Below, piece by piece: positions 55,621-64,000 of a stretch of DNA of 64,000 nucleotides (position 1 is its first letter; every line of letters begins with the position of its first letter). The position numbers and the translations under genes are program-made. The notes under the pieces are model-generated. The model did not search any database. It saw only the letters and a list, made by a program, of their open reading frames with translations, and had not been told where the DNA came from. This stretch comes from Piromyces finnis finn. Taxonomy: Eukaryota > Fungi > Neocallimastigomycota. The DNA lies in the NCBI GenBank assembly GCA_002104945.1, contig MCFH01000047.1, positions 62,001-126,000 of the forward strand. Reading direction: 5' to 3'.

Positions 55621-55750
55621 AATAATAAATAATAATTAATTAATTAAATTGGTAATATAACTTTATATTTTCTATTTTATATAATAAATAATAATTAATT
55701 AATTAATTAATTAAATTGGTAATATAACTTTATATTTTCTATTTTATATA
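55621..55750. repeat. Near-perfect tandem duplication of about 62-68 bp just upstream of the RPN2 start
   Basis: ATAATAAATAATAATTAATTAATT...AAATTGGTAATATAACTTTATATTTTCTATTTTATATA occurs twice in tandem. Confidence 0.85.
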
Positions 55751-56822
55751 TGTATATCTTAATATACAAAATATTTGAACAATATATATTATGTATAGTT
55801 TTGTTAGAAATTAGGTACAATATAATATTAAATATTTTTTCTTTTCATAAATGTCTTAATTTGATAATAGTTTTAATCAATTATAATTTTTTATTCTCAA
55901 ATATTGGGATCATATATTACATTACAATATTTATTATTATAATAATATAAAACTTAAAAACTAAAATAACAAAATAATAATTTTATTATCAAGTATAATT
56001 TTATCCATATCTGAACTATTCAATTTAATGAATAATATTTATTTGTATTATTTATCGTTATTTCTCATCACATAATAAAAAAAAATATTCAACCCAACAT
56101 TTGATGGACTAATGATCAAAATAAATGTTAATATATTTTTTATATATTATCATAATATTAATAAATTTAAGGAATCTTTAAATTTTATTTTAAAATATAT
56201 ATATAATATTATTTTTTATAGTTTTCTTTACTGAATTTATTTAATATTAAATAAAAAGCTTACAATGTTCTTTTATATGAGTATACTTTTATTCTTTTGT
56301 ATTATTTAAGTATTATGTTTAAAATGATTTTTATTTATTTTATTGTTTTTTTTTTTTTTTTTTTTTTGCTTTTTTTAGGTTTATTATTGAAAGAAAAAAA
56401 TTTAATTTTATAAATATAAATATCAAAAAAAAAAAAAAAAAAAAAATATAAAAAATATTAATTAATTAATATATATAATTAAATATTAAATTCTTTAAAT
56501 TTTCTTAATATTTTTTTAATTAATAATTAAAAATCATTTTAATTTTAAATAATAATAATTATAAATTTGGTTAATGAAATAATTGTTGAGTTTACATAAT
56601 AAATATTAAAAATATTAAAAATGTATATTTTTTAATAATTTATTTAACATTAAATATTTTTATATTAATGTATACATTATCTATAAAATCAAATCTATTG
56701 TAAAATAATAATGTAAAATGAAAAAAAAAAAAAAAAATTCAACAAAAAAAAAAAGTGAATGAAATTATAAAATTTCATTTTAATAATTTGAAATTTATTT
56801 AGTTTATAATATATAGTTAAGA

Positions 56823-58261
56823 ATGTCAAAGAATAAAATTTTCGTATTAGGAAGAGAAGAAAACCAACCTTTTATTGTTGTTAAAGGTAATAATATAAAT
56901 TAATAAAAAACTGAAAAAAAATAATAATAATAAAATATGTAAATAAAAAATATTAAAACTTCAAATTTAAATTAAATTAAATTATGAAAAACTATTATTT
57001 AAAGAAATTTTAAAAAAAACAAATAGCAAAGAAGATATTAATAAAGATACCCATTGTGTTCCCTGGAAAATCAACAATAAATATTATAAAGCAAATGTTC
57101 AATTTTGGATTGACTCAGCAAAACCAGAAGAATCAAATGAAGAAACAAAAAAACATTGGAAAGAAATTGGAAATGTCATAGATGCATTCATATTTGTTTT
57201 CGATAAGTATAAGGTAAATGAAAATTAAATAGTAACAATAAAAATAAATATATTTATACAATTTCATTTCAATAATAAATAAAATGTAATTTTTAAAAAT
57301 ATATATATGTATACAATTATTAATTAATTAAAAATTAAATAATTCAATTGTTATATAAATAAATAAATATAATAATAATAAAATTTTAGCCTGAAAGCTT
57401 TGAGGATATAAAAAAATGGAATGATATAATAAGTGAATTTGATATTAATGTTAGATTATGCGTTGGAAAAGCTTCAAACAATAAAAGTGAAACGGATAAA
57501 AATAAATTAGAAAAATTTTATGATGATATAGAAAATTGGACCCTCGATAACGATTTTGAATACATTGACTTTGAAAATAATGAAGGTTAAAAAAAATATA
57601 CATATATATATATAATTATAAAGAAAATAGATAAACATTATAGTTTTTTATTAAATGAATTTTAATTATAAATATCATTGTATAAAAAAAATAAAATTTT
57701 AAATATAATATTATACAAAATATACTTTTAAAATGTAAAACAGCAACGGAAGAAGGAAAAAATGGTGTTGAAAGAATAATTGAAGCTTTAGAAACTAATA
57801 TGTGGGAGAATGCCGTAATGAAAAAAGGAAATGGTAAAAAGTTGTTTGTTTCAAAAAAAAAAAAACTTTTATAAATTATAATATTCAAAAATTAATTACA
57901 TTCTTTTAATAATATTTATATAGAAGATGATGAAGATAACGATGAGGATGAAAAACTAATGAAAGAAGTTGAAGATTTAAGAAATAGACTTTTTTCAAAA
58001 TTTGATGATGATGATGGTTTTGATAACTTAATAACAAATTTGAAAAATTTAAAAGGTATATTGATAAATATAATTGGTTTAAATAAAAACTTTAAATATT
58101 AATTTTTTTATAAAAAATAAAAAAAAATATGATTGAAAGATTTTGGACAAAGCTTACCAGATGAAGCAAGAAGAGATTTAGCAGCTAAAGTTGCATTATC
58201 TTTTGAAATGCAATTTGGTCTGGACGATGAAGATGAAAATATTAAAGAAGAGTTTCTTTAA
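56823..58261 (+). CDS. AAGAB: Alpha/gamma-adaptin-binding protein p34 (AAGAB/Irc6-like), 6 exons
   Basis: WKINNKYYKANVQFWID, GVERIIEALETNMWEN and C-terminal LPDEARRDLAAKVA. Exons are joined in frame by GT-AG introns. Confidence 0.85.
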
Positions 58262-58950
58262 ATTAAATAAAATACATAACAAAATTAAATAAAAAATATA
58301 TATATACAAAAAAAAAAATAATAATAATAATAATAGTTTTTAGAGTTCTATTATAAATCTAACAAAAATTTAATGTATATCTTTAATAATAATAATAAAA
58401 TAAAGATTTCTTTTAATGAATTAAATGTTAAATTATTAAGAAAGTATCATTTATTTATTTTAGATATTTGGTATATAAAATATAATTTTAATAATAAAAT
58501 TTTATATAAAAGATAATTTATTAAGATATGTTATATTTATAATTATATATATTTGTTATTTGTTATTATTACATAAATCTTTAAATATTTATCTATATCT
58601 TTTCTATTAATTCTAATAAATTAAATAATAATAACATCAAATATATTTATAATAATATTTTATTATTATTATAATAATAATAATAATTTCATTTTCTATA
58701 TAATCAAAATAAATAAATAAATAAATTATAAAAATAAATATAAATATAAATATATTTTCTTTTTCTCTCTCTTTTTTTTTAAATATATATATATATTATT
58801 GTAATTATTAATAATATTGTATTTTCTGGGGTTATTTTGTTTTTTGTTTCATTTTGTTTTATTTTGTTTTTATTTTGTTTATAAGTATTATTGTTTTCTT
58901 CTTTGTTTTCTGTTTTGTATTGTTGTATTTTGCTTTTATTTAATTTGTAT

Positions 58951-59058
<108 letters not shown>

Positions 59059-59227
59059 TATAATATTTGATTATTATACTATTTTAACTTCTTTCCTTTA
59101 TCCTGTTTTTTGAAATATATATATATATTAAATAAATGCCAATTCAAAACTGTTATGAAATACTATATAATCAACATTTATTCAACTTTTCATATGCTTT
59201 ATTAAATAATAATTATTAATTATTCCT

Positions 59228-59523
59228 TTAATAAATTAATGGTATTAAGCATTTTCGTTTTCTTGGATACCCAACTATATGATTTAGATACCATTTTCTT
59301 GTTTGATATGAACGGCCAACAAAAGTACAAAGTATGAATACAATATGGCCATAAAATGATAACCTATGTATTATTACTGAGAATCCTACCCATGTCAATA
59401 ATTCCATGAAATAATGAGGGCATGATACATAATCAAATAAACCACCTCTTGGTATTTTATATTTTTTTGCATTACGTGGTGACTCTATATCAGAAAAAAA
59501 ATTATTAAAATAAAATATATATA

Positions 59524-59559
<36 letters not shown>

Positions 59560-60577
59560 TAATAATAATTATCATAGATTATAGTGATGAGCAATATATA
59601 AAAAATTAAATAAATAAAATCGTATAATTATAAAATAACTTTAAATCAATATTATTGATGTATTGCTATAATGACTTACTTCTTAATTTTGCAAGTAATA
59701 CATGATGATAAAAACTTCCTAACCAACCAAAAAAAATTAATGGGCATGGTAAAATTAAATAAAAAAAATTTGAATTATCCTTATTTTTTTTATTTAATAA
59801 AATAAATCGACAAAGTATCGAATTCACAATAGCATGAGAAATTGTTAAATATAATATTGAAAAAAATGATATTTTTTTGGAAAATCTAAAAGGTAAAAAA
59901 AAAAAAAGTATAATATACATGGTATTAATATTAAATATAACTGTTATTGAGTAAAAATTAGTAAAATATTATTGAAGTTATACTAACTTATGAATAAATA
60001 AAACCTCAAAGCAACGTTTTAGGTAGTTAATTAGATAGAATATATAAACAATGATATGATATGGGGTTTTCTTTCTTGTATCATTAACATATATTAATGT
60101 AATATTTAAAATTGTTGAAAAATAAATTAAAAAAAGGCTAAATCTAGTATTGAAATATCTCCTAAATACACCCTATAATAATATAATAAGAACATTAAAA
60201 AAAGAAAAGAATTTCAAATTAATTATATATTAAATATTTTTTTTTTTTTTTTTTTTTTTACATCTATTAATATTGCAGTTATATATAATAATTAGTAATT
60301 AATAATTGTACCATTGTATTATTTAATTACAATATTAATAATTTTAATAAAAAAATGAATCATACTAAATAACTAAATATATTTTAAAATTTATAGAGCT
60401 ATACTAAAAATAAAAAAAAAAAGACATTCTTACCCTTTCATTTTTTATTTCGAATTTCGAATACGGAATATTATTACCCGTTATTTCAAAAAATAATATA
60501 ATTATACCTAAGAGAACTAAAATAAAAAATAAACTTTGTTCTGTATTGCTTGATATCGGAATAATTGATTCTGCCAT
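59228..60577 (-). CDS. 3-oxo-5-alpha-steroid 4-dehydrogenase (Steroid_dh/SRD5A-TSC13 family) membrane reductase, 4 exons
   Basis: Spliced peptide contains PYSKF, YLKRCFEVLFIHKFS, YHHVLLAKLR, YKIPRGGLFDYVSCPHYFMELLTW and RSYQTRKWYL...YPRKRKCLIPLIY*. Confidence 0.88.
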
Positions 60578-60778
60578 TTTTTATAAATATTTTTGTTGAA
60601 AATGTGTATTAAATAGTAATTTATTTTATCTATGTAAAAATAAAAAAAAAAAAAAAATAAAAAATAAAATAATAAAATATTATATAATATAATATAAAAA
60701 AAAGGAAATAAAGACGAAGAAAAAAAAAAGAATACTTTATTTAATAGTTGATTCTATTTAACTTTCTTCTTACTTTTC

Positions 60779-60814
<36 letters not shown>

Positions 60815-63800
60815 TTATTATTATTATTATTTTACTGGTGTATTTTAAATATAGTTATTACTTTTAAATTATATATTAAAATATATAAGATTCTTTTATT
60901 CTCAGTAGAAAAAAAAAAAAAGGTATATATATAAAAATATTTTCTATATGACAGTTATCTTATTTTGTAATAACAATTTATATTTTAATATTATTATATA
61001 ATGTTTTTTGCTTTGTTTTATTGATAATTATATATATATTCGACTTGAACTGTTTAAAAATGATAATATCTTAACTTATTTGTTGAAATATACGTTTATT
61101 CGGTTAATTTTAAAATTAATTTTTAAAATTTAACTTTAAAAAATATTAAATTTGATTTATTTCATATATTGTAATTTCTATCGATAATCTATAATACTTT
61201 AATATCGTTTTAGGTATCTTTTTCTATTCAAAAGAATTGAAAACAAAAAATTAATAGAATGGTAAATTAATTATGAAAATTCAAAGTTTTATCTCATACA
61301 GTAAAACCTTGAAAAAAACAAAATTTCTTTTTTTTTTTTTTTAATTCGAGAAATTAATAAATCATGATATTACATTTTAATGTCAATTTTTTAGAAACCT
61401 TCAAATTGGGTATTTTATTTACTTATAACAAAAGAAAATAAAATCATTTATAATATCATAATATCAACATTTCATTTTAAAGCTTTTATATTTTAATACT
61501 AATTTTTTCATAATGAAAAAAAAAAAAAAAAAATCAATTCATCAAATAATATAAAAATTTTTAATAATATATAAAAATTAAATATTTTAATTTATCTATT
61601 AATAAAAATTTTCTTGTACAATTTTCTATATAACAATATGTAATAATGAAAAAAAAAATATATATATATTATAAAAATAAAGCTATAATATGTTATATAA
61701 TATGTATTGCTTAAAATAGATATAATAATTATAATAATAAGTGATAATGGGATTACTATATATTTATTTCAAAAAAGTATTACTTTATCAATTTCAACAT
61801 TTACTTATTGTATAATGTGAATATTTTTTCTTTTTTAACATTTATTCTACAAAATTTACTATTCAATGAATGGATAGGTGCCTATAAATTTTATTTTAAC
61901 TTTTCTGTATACAAAATATTAAATTAAAAAAATATTAAAATCATATGAAAAAAAAATATATATATATATATACACAAATCATAAAACATTAATAAATACT
62001 TTATTAAAGAAATGTATAATAAAGAATATATATACATTATTTTTTGAATACTATTTTTTTATTCATATTATTCATATATAAATATAGCATTAAAATTAAA
62101 AGGTATAAAATAGGAATATATATGTCCATCTATATTATATCTTAATTTTCATTAAAACTTTATAATTTTAACTAATAACTATTAAATATACTATTAATAA
62201 CATCTACTTCCTTTAATAGAATACCAATGCATATCAGGCTTTTTTTTATTCCATAATTTTAAAAAAGAAAATTATAAAAAGATAAAAAAATCATATTAAT
62301 AAATCAGTAAATAGTATTGTTATATTATACGAAATGTAGTTAGTGTTATATAATATTATTAAATAAAGTTGAGCTACTTATTCTCTTATAATATTCACAT
62401 TGAAAAGTAATAATCTTGTTTTTAGTAACAGTAACATGTATTACTTTTATATTATTTATATAATTATCCTAACCCTAACATATTTTAATATTTTTGTGTC
62501 ATATGACATTTATTTAACCCAACCCACTTATTTAAATTGGATTACAAATACTATATTTAGAATAATAAAAAATCAAACTTTTGTAGATTAAAAAAAAAAA
62601 AAAAGTAAAACATTGTCATAGTTATTAAAAATATCACTATTATTTCTATAAATAATAAATAGAATTAGAAAGGAATTGTAACTATAACCTCAACTATTTT
62701 CTTTTCATAACTATAAAAATACGTTAAATTGTAATTATTTTTATTAAAAAATATAGTATTCAATTTATTATCAAAATTATTTTTTATGATAAAAATACTT
62801 TTTATTATTAATTTTATATATTAAATATAAATATATAACGCTTAATAATATATATATTATATACTATTATATGATTTATTATTTATTTTGTTTCAATATA
62901 TATAATTAAACACCATTCTATTAGGTATCTTTGTATATGGTAGAAATGACTTTTTTACCCGATACAAAAAAATTATTTTATAAACTTTTAATAATTAATA
63001 TTAATGAAATTATAGATTTCATGGCATGATTGTAAAGTAAAATTTCTCCAAAAAATCATAAAATTTATTCATCCATATCTGTAAAAATAATTGGATAAGA
63101 AATTTATTAGAAATAGAAATAATAGCTATTATTATAAAAAATTATGTAAAAAAGTTTTTATAAGAGTAATAATAAAAATATAAAATAATTGCTATATTGT
63201 AATATTAAGTTTATTTTTTTTTTAATGATTTATATTTAATAGTATATTCAGGTTAAATCCCCTTTTAAAAGATCAATTTTCAAAATTACCATATTTTTAT
63301 AATATGAATAAATAATAAATTAATATATTAATATTATTGGCTATTGAAATCTTTATAAAATTTAACTTTGCATTTTTATCCAAATTATAAAATGTGGATA
63401 AATTTATTATGTATAAAATGCAGACTTTTTTATTTCATATTTTTATATTTTTATTAATCAATTTTTTAGGAATTAAGATATGTTATTTATTTCTTTTTAA
63501 TAATATTATACATTCCTTTCCCTTTTATCTACTGTTTTATTTTATAAGAAAAAAAAATAAAAGTTTTCTATAATATTTATAATATTTATTAATTAAAAAC
63601 TATAGGTATTATTAAACAAAGAAATTTATTTTTAAAATTTATAAGACATACATCTATTAAAACTATTTTATGAAAATAAACATAAAGATATCTGATTGAT
63701 ATATAATAGTTTAGGCATATTTTAATAATTTTCAAAAAACTATACTAGGAATTGAATACGAAATTTTTAAAATTCAAAATGTACAAAAATCAATTACATT

Positions 63801-64000
63801 AACCAATAATGTTAATTTAAACATAATGATTTTTGTACATTTTCGTTAATATAGAGTTTAAAGAAAAAGTTTTAAAGGATCTTTACACGATGATTAAAAT
63901 TAATTTAATTATATAATATATTACAATATATTACAATATTATAATTATTTTATTAATGTTTTAGTAAATTTTTCCTTTAAAAAATTTTTAAATAATAATA

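Noticed and set aside
60600-64000. Gene-free AT-rich stretches (also 5300-11690, 12420-15760, 27100-32280)
   Set aside because: No exon chains, RNA genes or structured repeats could be supported by eye. Very small exons could have been missed.

Overview
This is an extremely AT-rich eukaryotic window with intron-rich genes, long homopolymers and (ATT)n arrays. The low GC content, short AT-rich introns and a flagellar CFAP45 gene suggest an anaerobic gut fungus (Neocallimastigomycota); that assignment is inference. Manual splicing supports about 14 protein-coding genes: RBM48, RNF220-like, a hypothetical RVxF protein, SIL1, a transmembrane class I phosphodiesterase, a GSKIP/DUF727 protein, thymidine kinase, CWC27, SPT5, CFAP45, cytosolic TyrRS, RPN2, AAGAB/p34 and a steroid 5-alpha-reductase-family protein. 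There are also two decayed LINE copies and one apparently young SINE-like insertion. The main highlights are: (1) a U12-type AT-AC intron in the RNF220-like gene, next to the minor-spliceosome factor RBM48; (2) an E. coli Tdk-like thymidine kinase split by nine spliceosomal introns; (3) a 557-bp non-coding retro-insertion with a perfect 14-bp target-site duplication and a 77-nt poly(A) tail; (4) a phosphodiesterase with an adenylyl-cyclase-like membrane module. All gene identities come from recalled motifs, not database searches.
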